Assembly (NCBI RefSeq): GCF_001457595.1
Contig: NZ_LN831039.1
Span: 6,360,001 to 6,392,000 of the forward strand
Reading direction: 5' to 3'
Origin: Mycolicibacterium smegmatis
GTDB lineage: Bacteria; Actinomycetota; Actinomycetes; Mycobacteriales; Mycobacteriaceae
DNA length: 32,000 nucleotides
Shown here: positions 7,501-17,299 of the stretch, in pieces
Layout: every line of letters begins with the position of its first letter
How positions within the stretch are numbered: position 1 is the stretch's first letter
Notes under the pieces: generated by a model
What the model was told of the DNA's origin: nothing
The model's database searches: none
The model's input: the letters and a program-made list of their open reading frames with translations, nothing else
Position numbers and translations under genes: made by a program

Positions 7501-8855
7501 CCAATCCCGCTGCGCCTGCGGCGCCGAACGAGCGACTCGTCCGGCGCGTGGCGCTCGCCAGTGGCATCGGATCGATGCTCGAGTTCTACGACTTCTATCT
7601 CTACGGCGCACTGTCCGCGACGATCTTCGGCGCGCTGTACTTCCACAACGAGGACCCGGCGGTCGGCACACTGCTCGCCCTGGCCACCTTCGGCGTGGGT
7701 TTCGTGGCACGCCCGGTCGGCGGCATCATCGCAGGCCACTTCGGGGACAAGTTCGGGCGCAAGAGCGTTCTGATCGCGACGCTCGCGTTGATGGGTGTCT
7801 CCACCGTCGGCATCGGGATACTCCCGACCTACGCGTCGATCGGCACACTGGCCCCCGTCCTCCTGGTCACGCTGCGGATCCTGCAGGGGCTCGCACACGG
7901 AGGCGAATGGGGCGGCGCGTCCATCATGACCATCGAGCACGCGCCTGAGAGTCGCCGCGGTTTCTACGGCAGCTGCCCGCAGATGGGTATCTACGCGGGG
8001 TTGGTGCTCGCCAGTCTGGTGCTCGGCGGGTTCATGCTGCTGCCCGAGGAGCAGTTCCTGAGCTGGGGATGGCGCATACCCTTCATCCTTGGTGCCGTGC
8101 TCATGCTCGTCGGCCTGTGGCTACGCCGCGCGATCACCGAATCCCCGGAGTTCGCAGCGGCAATGGCCACCCGGTCGATCGAACCCGAGCAGGAGAAGAA
8201 GCGCATCCCGCTGGTGGAAGCGTTCCGCACCGGGCGGCGGGGCATCTTCGTCACGTTCGCCGCGAAGGCCGCCGAAACCTGCACGTTCTACCTGATCACG
8301 GTGTTCGCACTGACCCTGGCCAAAAACGGTGCCGGCGAATCGACCGCGCGCAACGGCATTCTGATCGCGTCCGTCGTCGCCATCATCACGATCGGGGCGT
8401 TCGGCGTGCTCGCTGACCGGGTCGGCACGCGGACCGTCTACATGGGTGGTGCAGGCTTCATGGTGCTGTTCGCGTTCCCGTTCTTCTGGCTCGCGGGCGC
8501 CAACTCCGGCTGGACGCTGCTGATCGCGTTGATCGTCGGCCTGGCCGTCGGGCACTCGTTGATGTACGCCGCACAGGCCAGTTACTTCTCGGCCCTGTTC
8601 AGCACGGAAGTCCGGTTCACCGGCGCCTCACTGGGTTACCAACTCGGCGCGGCCATCGTCGGTGGCTTCACGCCGCTCATCGCCGCGGCGCTGCTGCTTC
8701 GCAGCGACGGCGCAACCTGGCCCATCGCCACCTACATCGCCGGAGTCTGCCTGGTGAGTTATCTCGTCATGGCCGTCTGGGGCAAGGTGCGCGCCGACGA
8801 TTCGGCGACCGCCGTTCCCGGGGTCGCCTCAGACGTCGCGGAGGTTCAGCGATGA
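7497..8855 (+). CDS. MFS transporter, metabolite:H+ symporter (MHS) type
   Basis: GSMLEFYDFYLYGALSATIFGALYF, multiple TM segments, GHFGDKFGRKSVL; start overlaps the upstream stop (ATGA). Confidence 0.9.
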   Translation: MTNPAAPAAPNERLVRRVALASGIGSMLEFYDFYLYGALSATIFGALYFHNEDPAVGTLLALATFGVGFVARPVGGIIAGHFGDKFGRKSVLIATLALMGVSTVGIGILPTYASIGTLAPVLLVTLRILQGLAHGGEWGGASIMTIEHAPESRRGFYGSCPQMGIYAGLVLASLVLGGFMLLPEEQFLSWGWRIPFILGAVLMLVGLWLRRAITESPEFAAAMATRSIEPEQEKKRIPLVEAFRTGRRGIFVTFAAKAAETCTFYLITVFALTLAKNGAGESTARNGILIASVVAIITIGAFGVLADRVGTRTVYMGGAGFMVLFAFPFFWLAGANSGWTLLIALIVGLAVGHSLMYAAQASYFSALFSTEVRFTGASLGYQLGAAIVGGFTPLIAAALLLRSDGATWPIATYIAGVCLVSYLVMAVWGKVRADDSATAVPGVASDVAEVQR

Positions 8856-9982
8856 GGGCGACGACGCTGCCGAAATCCACACAGGCAGCCGTGGTGCGGA
8901 ATTTCGGTGAACCGCTCACCCTGGAAGAGGTCGCCGTCCCGCAGACCGTGGCGCCTGGCGGGCTGCTCGTCGAGATCGTGGCCTGCTCACTGTGCGGTAC
9001 CGATGTGCACTGCTGGGAAGGCTCACTCGCCATCCCTGTCGGGCTGCCGTTGATCCTCGGGCACGAGATGGTCGGCCGGATCATCGCGATCGGCGACGGC
9101 GCCGACGTCGACTCGGCCGGTCAGCCGTTGCAGATCGGTGACCGCATCCTGTGGACCCACGCTGTCTGCGGCCGCTGCGTCATGTGCGCCAAAAAGCGTC
9201 CCACGTTGTGCCGCAACAAGATCCCGTACGGCCAGGCCACCATGGACCAGTGGCCCAATCTGCTGGGCGGTCTGGCGCAACACTCCTACGTGCTGCCCGG
9301 GTCCGGCCGGCTCCGCGTCCCCGACGGCGTGCCCGACGACCTTGCCAGCATGGCGAGTTGTGCGCTGCGGTCCGTGGTCAACGCGGTCGAACAGGCCGGC
9401 CGCGTCGGGCCCGAGCACACCGTCGTGGTCCAGGGTGCAGGGCCGCTGGGAATTCTGGCGACCGGTCTGTTCGCGCAGGCGGGCGCAGGCCGGGTGATCA
9501 CCGTCGGCGCGCCGGACACCCGCCTGGAGATCGCCTCGGAGTTCGGCGCCCATGACGTGATCTCCCTTGCCGCCCATACAGATCCGGATGATCGGCTGGC
9601 GATGATCCGGGATGCCACCGACGGCCTGGGCGCCGATCTGGTCGCAGAGTTCTCGGGCCACCCCGCGGCCTTCGCCGAAGGCGTGGAAATGGCCGCACCG
9701 GACGGCCGCTACCTGGTGGTCGGCCAACTCGGCGCCGGGGTCACCACCATTGCCCCCGGCACCATCACCAAGAAGAACCTCAACGTCATCGGTTCCTTCT
9801 CGGGTGACCTCTCGCATTACCGCACTGCACTCACCATCCTGGAACGCTACGCCGATCGGCTGCCCTTCGACCGGCTGATCAGCGGCCACTATCCGCTCCG
9901 CGACATCGATTCGGTGATGGGACGGATGCAGAGTTTCCAGGAGATCAAGCCCGTACTACTGCCGCAGGAGACCCAAGCATGA
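8852..9982 (+). CDS. Zinc-dependent medium-chain alcohol dehydrogenase
   Basis: CSLCGTDVHCWEG, GHEMVGRI, structural zinc motif CGRCVMCAKKRPTLC, GAGPLGILATGLF; ATGA overlap. Confidence 0.92.
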   Translation: MRATTLPKSTQAAVVRNFGEPLTLEEVAVPQTVAPGGLLVEIVACSLCGTDVHCWEGSLAIPVGLPLILGHEMVGRIIAIGDGADVDSAGQPLQIGDRILWTHAVCGRCVMCAKKRPTLCRNKIPYGQATMDQWPNLLGGLAQHSYVLPGSGRLRVPDGVPDDLASMASCALRSVVNAVEQAGRVGPEHTVVVQGAGPLGILATGLFAQAGAGRVITVGAPDTRLEIASEFGAHDVISLAAHTDPDDRLAMIRDATDGLGADLVAEFSGHPAAFAEGVEMAAPDGRYLVVGQLGAGVTTIAPGTITKKNLNVIGSFSGDLSHYRTALTILERYADRLPFDRLISGHYPLRDIDSVMGRMQSFQEIKPVLLPQETQA

Positions 9983-11514
9983 CAGTCACCACCTTCCGCC
10001 CGTCCGACGTCGCCACCCTCACGAACCCGGACGCCGCCTCCGACGTCGCCGATCTGTCGATGTTCATTGCCGGAGAGGCGGTTTCCGCTGCCGACGGCGC
10101 CACGTTCGACTCCTACGAACCCCGCTCCGGGCGGGTGTGGGCACGGTTGCCGCGGGCCAATTCGACCGACATCGACCGTGCCGTGCGCGCGGCGCGCGCA
10201 GCCTTCGAAGGGCCGTGGGGCGCTGTGTCGCCCGCCGACCGCGGCCGATTCCTGATGAAGATCGCCGCAGTGGTCGACCGGCACCGGGATCAACTCACGG
10301 TCATCGAGTCCCGCGACAACGGCAAACCGGTCCGCGAGGTGCGTGCCGAGATCGACGCGGTCGTACGCTATTTCGAGTACTTCGCGGGTGTGTGCCAGAC
10401 GACGGTGGGTGAGACCCATCCCCAGGCGGCCACGGCCTTCAGCTACACCCGCCGCGAACCGGTGGGTGTGGTCGGCGCGATCGTGCCCTGGAACTCGCCG
10501 CTGCTCATGCTCGCGTGGAAGCTGTCGCCCGCCCTGGCAGGCGGTAACACCATCATCCTCAAACCCGCCGAGGAGACCTCGGTCTCCGCGGTCGTGTTCG
10601 CTCAGCTCATCGCCGAGGTGGGACTGCCCGACGGAGTCTTCAACGTGGTGACCGGAATCGGCGAGGAAGCCGGCGCCGCGCTGGTCGCCCATCCGGATGT
10701 CGACAAGATCGCCTTCACCGGTTCGACCGAGGTGGGCAAGCAGATCGCGGCCACCGCGGCAAGCGATCTCAAACTCGTCACCTTCGAACTGGGCGGCAAG
10801 TCACCCACCGTGATCTTCGACGACGCCGACCTCGATGCCGCGGTTCACCGCACCGCTTACGGCATCTTCTCGGCCGCGGGTCAGACCTGTCAGGCGGCAT
10901 CGCGAATCTTCGTCCAGGACACCATCCACGACGAATTCCTGGACCGGTTCGCCGCACTGGCACGGCGCATCCGCGTGGGCGATCCGCTGTCCGAGCGCAC
11001 CCAGATGGGCGCCCAGATTTCCGCACAGCATCGCGAACGGATCGCCGGGTACGTCGCCAGCGGCATCCAGGAGGGAGCGAATCTGGTCTGCGGCGGCACG
11101 CAGCCCACGGAAGCCCCGCTGGCGCAGGGCTACTACTACTCGCCGACCATCCTCGACGGCGTCAACCGCGACATGCGGATGATCCGCGAGGAGATCTTCG
11201 GGCCGGTGACCGGTGTCATGTCATTCACCGACGAGGCCGACGCCGTGGCCAAGGCGAATGACACGGAGTACGGCCTGGCCGGATCGGTGTGGACGCGGGA
11301 CGTGTCCCGCGCGCACCGGGTCGCGGCGAGCATTGCGGCCGGACTGATCTGGGTCAACACCACCCGCACCATCAACCACCTCGTTCCGTTCGGCGGCTAC
11401 AAGCAGTCCGGTTACGGGCGCGAGGGCGGACAGGCCGTGATGGAGCACTACACCCGGATCAAGTCGGTGTGGGTGGACATGCAGGACGACCTGCCGAACT
11501 GGTACGCCGACTGA
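9979..11514 (+). CDS. NAD(P)-dependent aldehyde dehydrogenase
   Basis: VPWNSPLLMLAWKLSPALAGGNTIILKPAEETS, FTGSTEVGK, FELGGKSPTVIFDDADLD, GQTCQAASRIFV; ATGA overlap. Confidence 0.95.
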   Translation: MTVTTFRPSDVATLTNPDAASDVADLSMFIAGEAVSAADGATFDSYEPRSGRVWARLPRANSTDIDRAVRAARAAFEGPWGAVSPADRGRFLMKIAAVVDRHRDQLTVIESRDNGKPVREVRAEIDAVVRYFEYFAGVCQTTVGETHPQAATAFSYTRREPVGVVGAIVPWNSPLLMLAWKLSPALAGGNTIILKPAEETSVSAVVFAQLIAEVGLPDGVFNVVTGIGEEAGAALVAHPDVDKIAFTGSTEVGKQIAATAASDLKLVTFELGGKSPTVIFDDADLDAAVHRTAYGIFSAAGQTCQAASRIFVQDTIHDEFLDRFAALARRIRVGDPLSERTQMGAQISAQHRERIAGYVASGIQEGANLVCGGTQPTEAPLAQGYYYSPTILDGVNRDMRMIREEIFGPVTGVMSFTDEADAVAKANDTEYGLAGSVWTRDVSRAHRVAASIAAGLIWVNTTRTINHLVPFGGYKQSGYGREGGQAVMEHYTRIKSVWVDMQDDLPNWYAD

Positions 11515-12410
11515 TGGGCGGGCGACCGACTCGCGCCCTTCCTCTGCTTCGCACCCTGCTGTTCGTGCCGGGCGACCGGCCCGACCGCATCGCCAAGGCG
11601 GCCGCCAGTGCGGCCGCCGGCGTCGCGGTCGATCTCGAAGACGCGGTGGCGGTGTCGAGGAAAGACGCCGCGCGCGACGCGGCCGTGACGGCGCTGTCCG
11701 CGCTACCCACCGCTGGTGTGCCGGTGCTGTGCGTCCGAATCAACGCCGTGGACAGCGGTTTTGCCGAGGACGACCTGACCGCCCTTGAGCCCGTGCTGCA
11801 CCGGCTGGATCTGGTCATGGTCCCCATGAGCGCCGAACCGGACCGTATCCGGCGCGTGAGCGAACTCCTCACTCGCGCGGAGCGATCGGCGGGGGCCGAC
11901 GACGGCCGGATCGGCATCATCCCCTTGGTCGAGACAGCGGCGGGCATCCTCAACGCGCCCTCGCTCGCGTCGGCCGACGCACGGGTCCACACGTTGTCGT
12001 TCGGCCCCGCGGACCTGTCCCGTGAACTCGGCATCACCCCGACCAGCGACGGCGACGAGTTCCTCTTCGCGCGGTCGCAACTGGTCCTCGCCGCCGCGGC
12101 GGCGAACTGTCCTGCGCCGGTGGACGGCCCGTACCTCGATCTCGATGACGACGACGGCCTCATCCGGTCGGCGAGGCATGCCCGAAAGCTCGGGTTCGGC
12201 GGTAAGCAGGTCATCCATCCATCGCAGATCGCCTCGGTGGCCGGTGCGTTCGTTACGAGCGATGCCGAGATCGACTGGGCCCGTGCAGTGGACGCCGCGT
12301 TCAGCGCGGCCGAGGCCGAAGGTGTCTCGTCGATCCGGCTCGCGGACGGGACGTTCGTCGATTACCCGGTCGCTCAGCGCGCGAGGGCGATTCTGGCGGG
12401 TGCCCGGTGA
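11514..12410 (+). CDS. HpcH/HpaI aldolase / citrate lyase beta-subunit (CitE)-like protein
   Basis: Track ORF 11289..12410 trimmed to ATG 11514 (TGATG junction with the ALDH stop); LLFVPGDRPDRIAKA, AVDLEDAV, IIPLVETAAGILNA, FGPADLSRELG, GGKQVIHPSQI. Confidence 0.9.
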   Translation: MGGRPTRALPLLRTLLFVPGDRPDRIAKAAASAAAGVAVDLEDAVAVSRKDAARDAAVTALSALPTAGVPVLCVRINAVDSGFAEDDLTALEPVLHRLDLVMVPMSAEPDRIRRVSELLTRAERSAGADDGRIGIIPLVETAAGILNAPSLASADARVHTLSFGPADLSRELGITPTSDGDEFLFARSQLVLAAAAANCPAPVDGPYLDLDDDDGLIRSARHARKLGFGGKQVIHPSQIASVAGAFVTSDAEIDWARAVDAAFSAAEAEGVSSIRLADGTFVDYPVAQRARAILAGAR

Positions 12411-13360
12411 AAGTCGTCGTCACCCGGGCACTGCCACCGGCGACTCTGTCGCCTCTCGCCGATGTCGGTGAGGTGTGGGTGTCCCCGCACGACCGTCCCC
12501 TCACCGACGACGAGTTGCGCCATGCCGTACGCGGCGCGCACGGCATCGTGAGCATGCTCAACGACCGGATCGACGAGCGTGTGCTCGCCGCGGCAGGGGA
12601 CCAACTCCGCGTGGTCGCCAACACCGCCGTCGGCTATGACAACCTCGACGTCGCGGCCATCGCACGCCACGGCGCCACCGCGACCAACACCCCGGGGGTG
12701 CTGGTCGATGCGACCGCCGACCTGACCATGGCCCTCCTGTTGGACGTCACGCGCAGAGTGAGCGAGGGCGATCGCCTGATCCGGTCGGGCCAACCCTGGT
12801 CGTGGGACATCGGATTCATGCTCGGCACCGGTCTGCAGGGCAAGCAACTCGGGATCGTCGGTATGGGCCACATCGGTCGAGCCGTCGCCAGACGCGCAAC
12901 GGCATTCGGTGTGCGCGTCGTGTACCACGCCCGGCGCGCGCAGGACGACGGCATCGGCCGTCGGGTCCCGCTCGACGAGTTGCTCGCGACCTCTGACATC
13001 GTCTCGTTGCACTGCCCGTTGACGATTGAGACGCGTCATCTGATCGACGCCGAGGCGCTGGGGGCGATGAAACCCGGGTCGTATCTGATCAACACCGCCC
13101 GCGGCCCGATCGTCGACGAGAGCGCGTTGGCCGATGCCCTCGCACGTGGTGGCATCGCGGGGGCTGCGCTCGACGTCTACGAGCATGAACCCGAGGTGCA
13201 TCCGGGCCTGCGTGAGCTTCCCAACGTGGTGCTCGCGCCGCACCTGGGTTCGGCGACCGTGGAGACCCGCACCCTGATGGCCGAGCTCGCGGTGAAGAAT
13301 GTGGTGCAGACACTCAACGACAGCGGGCCGGTGACCCCGATCGCGGTACCGTCTGGGTGA
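12407..13360 (+). CDS. NAD-dependent D-2-hydroxyacid dehydrogenase family (glyoxylate/hydroxypyruvate reductase-like)
   Basis: GIVGMGHIGRAVARRA; NTARGPIVDESALADAL; DVYEHEPEVHPGLRELPNVVLAPHLGSAT; GTGA overlap. Confidence 0.92.
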   Translation: MKVVVTRALPPATLSPLADVGEVWVSPHDRPLTDDELRHAVRGAHGIVSMLNDRIDERVLAAAGDQLRVVANTAVGYDNLDVAAIARHGATATNTPGVLVDATADLTMALLLDVTRRVSEGDRLIRSGQPWSWDIGFMLGTGLQGKQLGIVGMGHIGRAVARRATAFGVRVVYHARRAQDDGIGRRVPLDELLATSDIVSLHCPLTIETRHLIDAEALGAMKPGSYLINTARGPIVDESALADALARGGIAGAALDVYEHEPEVHPGLRELPNVVLAPHLGSATVETRTLMAELAVKNVVQTLNDSGPVTPIAVPSG

Positions 13361-14064
13361 CAGAATCGGCGCCAGGTCGAGAGGACGTGATGGCAACCCC
13401 ACCCGAGCCGCTCCCGACAACCAAGGCTGAAGAGGCGTTCATCGAGATCCGCCGCTTGATCGAGTGCGGCCGGTTACCGGGTGGGGCCAAGCTGACATTG
13501 GCGAGCCTGTCCGACGAGCTGCAGATGAGTCTCACACCCATCCGCGAGGCGTTGCGGATGTTGCAGGCCAACGGGCTCGTCGAGTACAAGCGTCATCACG
13601 GGCACGTGGTGACGCGGTACTCGATCCGACGTGCCGAGGAGACCTACCTTCTGCGGCAGACTCTCGAACCCCTGGCCACCAGGCTGGCCGCGGCGAATGC
13701 GACCGAGGACGAGTTGCGCCGCATTCGTGAACTGCAGGAGGAGTTCCGGCTCGTCGTGGACGGCGAGCCGCCTCGCTTCGCCGACGTGGTGGATCTCAAT
13801 GCGCGGTGGCACCGGCTGGTGTACGCCGCCGCGCACTCGTCACTGCTGGACGAGTTCATCGATCGGCTGTGGACGGGTGTGCCCTATCAAGCGATCTGGT
13901 TCGTGCAACGACGGCGCCAGTCGGCCGCCGATCACGAGGCCGTCACCGCCGCGCTCGAGACCAGACAGCCCGAGATCGCCGAACGCGCCATGTTGGACCA
14001 CATCGGACGGGGCCGCGCCGCGACGATCGAACACCTGCAGGCCATCGGCGCCCCCGAGGGGTGA
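13357..14064 (+). CDS. GntR-family transcriptional regulator (FadR/FCD subfamily)
   Basis: HTH ASLSDELQMSLTPIREALRMLQANGLVE; FCD-like C-terminus; GTGA overlap with the upstream gene. Confidence 0.88.
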   Translation: MTESAPGREDVMATPPEPLPTTKAEEAFIEIRRLIECGRLPGGAKLTLASLSDELQMSLTPIREALRMLQANGLVEYKRHHGHVVTRYSIRRAEETYLLRQTLEPLATRLAAANATEDELRRIRELQEEFRLVVDGEPPRFADVVDLNARWHRLVYAAAHSSLLDEFIDRLWTGVPYQAIWFVQRRRQSAADHEAVTAALETRQPEIAERAMLDHIGRGRAATIEHLQAIGAPEG

Positions 14065-14079
14065 GACTGCCTTCGGCCT

Positions 14080-15129
14080 TCACTGCTTGCGGTTGCCCTG
14101 CTCGTCCCAGTGCTCGGCGACCTTCTTGCTGGGCTGTACCCGTGGCGGTTCGCCGGGCATCTTCGGGTAGTTCGGCGGGTAGGGCAGATCACCGAGGCCC
14201 CGCTCCTCGTCGGCGGCGACGAGGTCCAGCAGCGGCCCCAGGGACTGCTGCACCGAATCGATGTCGGCCCACGGATCATCGCGCCCGGCAAGCAGATCCG
14301 GCACGGTGTTCATGGTGTAGTCGTCCGGGTCGGCGTTGCGCAGTTCGTCCCAGCTCAGCGGCATCGACACGGTCGCGATGGGGGTCTTGCGCACCGAGTA
14401 GGCCGAGGCGAACGTGCGGTCGCGCGCGTTCTGGTTGTAGTCGATGAACAACCGCTCGCCGCGCTCTTCCTTCCACCACGACGTGGTCACCGCGTCGGGG
14501 GCGCGACGCTCGACCTCACGGGCCAGCGCGATGCCCGCACGGCGCACCTCGATGAAGTCCCACTGCGGTTTGATGCGCAGGAACACGTGCACGCCACGGC
14601 CACCCGAGGTCTTGGGATAACCCACCAGGCCGAGTTCGTCGAGCAGCGGTTTGAGCACGTCACACGCAACGGTGCGGGCCTCCTTGAATCCTGTGCCGGG
14701 TTGCGGGTCGAGGTCGACGCGCAGTTCGTCGGGATGTTCGGTGTCGGGGCAGCGCACCTGCCACGGATGCAGTGTGACGGTGCCCATCTGGGCGGCCCAG
14801 ATGATCGACGACGGGTGCGTGATCTTCAGCGCGTCGGCCGTGCGCCCCGACGGGAACGTGACGACGCAGGTCTCCAGATAATCGGGATGCTTCTGCGGCA
14901 CCCGTTTCTGGTAGATCTCCTCGCCCTCGATGCCGTCGGGGAACCGCTGCAGGTGCACCGGGCGGTCGCGCAACAGTGCCAGCATGGGGCCGGACGCGAC
15001 GGACAGGTAGTACTCGACGAGCTTGCCCTTGGTGCCGTTCTTGCCGAGCTTGGGAAAGTACACCTTGTCCGGGTTGGTGAACCGGACCTTTACCCCGTCG
15101 ACGTCGAGTTCGGTTGCCGCACTGGCCAT
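14080..15129 (-). CDS. polD1: LigD-type DNA polymerase/primase domain protein (stand-alone PolD)
   Basis: NPDKVYFPKLGKNGTKGKLVEYYLSVA; VRCPDTEHPDELRVDLDPQPGTGF; YPKTSGGRGVHVFLRI; start set at MASAATELD, ATGA overlap with the upstream ligase stop. Symbol recalled from M. smegmatis literature. Confidence 0.88.
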   Translation of the reverse strand: MASAATELDVDGVKVRFTNPDKVYFPKLGKNGTKGKLVEYYLSVASGPMLALLRDRPVHLQRFPDGIEGEEIYQKRVPQKHPDYLETCVVTFPSGRTADALKITHPSSIIWAAQMGTVTLHPWQVRCPDTEHPDELRVDLDPQPGTGFKEARTVACDVLKPLLDELGLVGYPKTSGGRGVHVFLRIKPQWDFIEVRRAGIALAREVERRAPDAVTTSWWKEERGERLFIDYNQNARDRTFASAYSVRKTPIATVSMPLSWDELRNADPDDYTMNTVPDLLAGRDDPWADIDSVQQSLGPLLDLVAADEERGLGDLPYPPNYPKMPGEPPRVQPSKKVAEHWDEQGNRKQ

Positions 15130-16184
15130 CACTGTTCCTCCAGCACGTCGTAGAGGTCGTAGTTCAGCGGGGTGTCCAACTGGTCGAACGTGCAACTCGA
15201 CGGCTCCCGGTCGGGACGCCAGCGCAGGAACTTCACGGCGTGGCGAAATCGCCTGCCCTCGACGGAGTTTCCCTCCATCTGGTCGTAGGCCACCTCGCAC
15301 ACCTTCTCGGGGCGCAGCGGGGTCCACCGCTTGTCGGCCGCCGAGTTCCACCGGCTGGGGTCGCCTTCACGCATCTCGTCGCCCTCGCGCAGCGGTTCGA
15401 GTTCGGCCAGCAGTTTGATGCGATCCTTGGCGGTGAACGACGCTGCGCCGCCGACCATCTGGAGCTCCCCGTCGTCGCGGTACAGGCCCAGCAGGATCGA
15501 CCCGATGCCGTCGCCGCTCTTGTGGATGCGGTAACCCATTGCGACACAGTCGGCGTCGCGGTGGTGCTTGACCTTGACCATCTCACGTTTGCCGGGCAGA
15601 TACGGTCCGTCGAGCCGTTTGGCGATCACCCCGTCCAGCCCGGCGCCCTCGAACGTCTTCAGCCACTCGGTGCCCAGCGCGGGATCCTCACTGGTGCGGG
15701 TGACGTGGCACCACCGTTTGTTGTCGACGGCCTCGGCCAGCGCCTCGCGGCGCACCCGGAACGGCTCCTTGAGCAGCGACCGGTCACCGAGGGCCAGGGC
15801 GTCGAAGCCGATGAAGTGCGCCGGGGTCTGCTCGGCGAGCATCTTGATGCGGCTCGCCGCGGGATGGATGCGCTGGCTCAGTGACTCCCAGTCCAACCGC
15901 ACCCGGCCGGCGATGTCGCGGGGCACCACGACCTCACCGTCGAGCACGCACTTCTCAACGAGTTCGTCACGCAGCGCGTCGAGCAGTTCGGGAAAGTACC
16001 GTCCCAGATCCTTGCCGTTGCGCGACTGCAGCACCACGTCGTCACCGTCGCGGAACACCAGCGCGCGGAAACCGTCCCACTTGGGCTCGTAGGACCACAC
16101 CCCCGCCTCGTCGGGCACCTTCACCTGCGCCTTGGCAAGCATCGGTTCGATCGGGGGCTGCACCGGCAAGTCCATCCTTCCCAT
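15129..16184 (-). CDS. ligC1: ATP-dependent DNA ligase, LigC type
   Basis: Ligase motif I EPKWDGFRALVF; VLDGEVVVP; EGAGLDGVIAKRLDGPYLPGKREMVKVK; AGGAGGT SD. Confidence 0.9.
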   Translation of the reverse strand: MGRMDLPVQPPIEPMLAKAQVKVPDEAGVWSYEPKWDGFRALVFRDGDDVVLQSRNGKDLGRYFPELLDALRDELVEKCVLDGEVVVPRDIAGRVRLDWESLSQRIHPAASRIKMLAEQTPAHFIGFDALALGDRSLLKEPFRVRREALAEAVDNKRWCHVTRTSEDPALGTEWLKTFEGAGLDGVIAKRLDGPYLPGKREMVKVKHHRDADCVAMGYRIHKSGDGIGSILLGLYRDDGELQMVGGAASFTAKDRIKLLAELEPLREGDEMREGDPSRWNSAADKRWTPLRPEKVCEVAYDQMEGNSVEGRRFRHAVKFLRWRPDREPSSCTFDQLDTPLNYDLYDVLEEQ

Positions 16185-16234
16185 TCTTACCTCCTCGGGA
16201 CGGTAGACCGGCCGAACGTGGGAATGTCATCGGT

Positions 16235-17299
16235 ATGGACCTGCCCGTGCTGCCTCCGGTGTCGCCCATGCTGTCGAAGTCCGTGAACCAGATCCCGCCG
16301 GGGATGTCGTATGAACCCAAGTGGGACGGGTTCCGGTCGATCCTGTTCCGCGACGGCGCCGAGGTGGAACTCGGCAGCCGCAAGGAACGGCCCATGACCC
16401 GCTACTTTCCTGAATTGGTGGCCGCGGCGCTGACCGAGCTTCCCGACCGCTGCGTGATCGACGGCGAGATCGTCCTACCGGCCGACAACCACCTCGACTT
16501 CGAGGCGCTGCAACTGCGTCTGCACCCCGCCGCGAGCCGGGTGGCGATGCTCGCCGAACAGACGCCCGCAGCGTTCATCGCGTTCGATCTGCTGGCACTC
16601 GGCGACGACGACTACACCGGCCGACCGTTCAGCGAGCGTCGCGCCGCGCTCGAGACCGCCCTCGCGGATGCCGGCCCGACGTTCCACCTGACGCCCGCCA
16701 CCACCGATCTGCCGACTGCGCAGCGCTGGTTCCACGAGTTCGAAGGCGCCGGTCTCGACGGGGTCATCGCCAAACCCCTGGACCTGACCTACCAGCCGGA
16801 CAAGCGCGTCATGTTCAAGGTCAAGCACCAGCGCACCGCGGACTGCGTGGTCGCCGGGTACCGGCTGCACAAATCCGGCGCCGACGCCGTGGGCTCGCTG
16901 CTGCTCGGGTTGTACGACGACGACGGCAGCCTCGCGTCGGTCGGCGTCATCGGCGCCTTCCCGATGGCGACCCGGCGGGCGCTGTTCACCGAACTGCAGA
17001 CGCTGGTAGCCGATTTCGACCATCACCCGTGGAACTGGGCCGCGCAGGCCGCGGCCGATCCGGAACTCGCCCGACGCTACGGCGGCGGGTCACGCTGGAA
17101 TGCGGGCAAGGATCTGTCGTTCGTCCCGCTTCGCCCCGAACGCCTGGTCGAGGTGCGCTACGACCACATGGAGGGCCGCCGGTTCCGGCACACCGCGCAG
17201 TTCAACCGCTGGCGCCCGGACCGCGACGCGCGTTCGTGCACATTCGCACAGCTCGACTCCCCACCGCATTCGAGCTCGGTGACATCGTGCCGGGTTTAG
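16235..17299 (+). CDS. ligC2: ATP-dependent DNA ligase, second LigC-type paralogue
   Basis: Track ORF 15881..17299 trimmed to ATG 16235 (MDLPVLPPVSPMLSKSV); EPKWDGFRSILF, VIDGEIVLP, EGAGLDGVIAKPLDLTYQPDKRVMFKVKH. Confidence 0.88.
   Translation: MDLPVLPPVSPMLSKSVNQIPPGMSYEPKWDGFRSILFRDGAEVELGSRKERPMTRYFPELVAAALTELPDRCVIDGEIVLPADNHLDFEALQLRLHPAASRVAMLAEQTPAAFIAFDLLALGDDDYTGRPFSERRAALETALADAGPTFHLTPATTDLPTAQRWFHEFEGAGLDGVIAKPLDLTYQPDKRVMFKVKHQRTADCVVAGYRLHKSGADAVGSLLLGLYDDDGSLASVGVIGAFPMATRRALFTELQTLVADFDHHPWNWAAQAAADPELARRYGGGSRWNAGKDLSFVPLRPERLVEVRYDHMEGRRFRHTAQFNRWRPDRDARSCTFAQLDSPPHSSSVTSCRV

Noticed and set aside
12374-13420. 348-aa minus-strand ORF opposite the D-2-hydroxyacid dehydrogenase
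   Set aside because: Shadow ORF; the plus strand has Rossmann and catalytic motifs and operonic overlaps.
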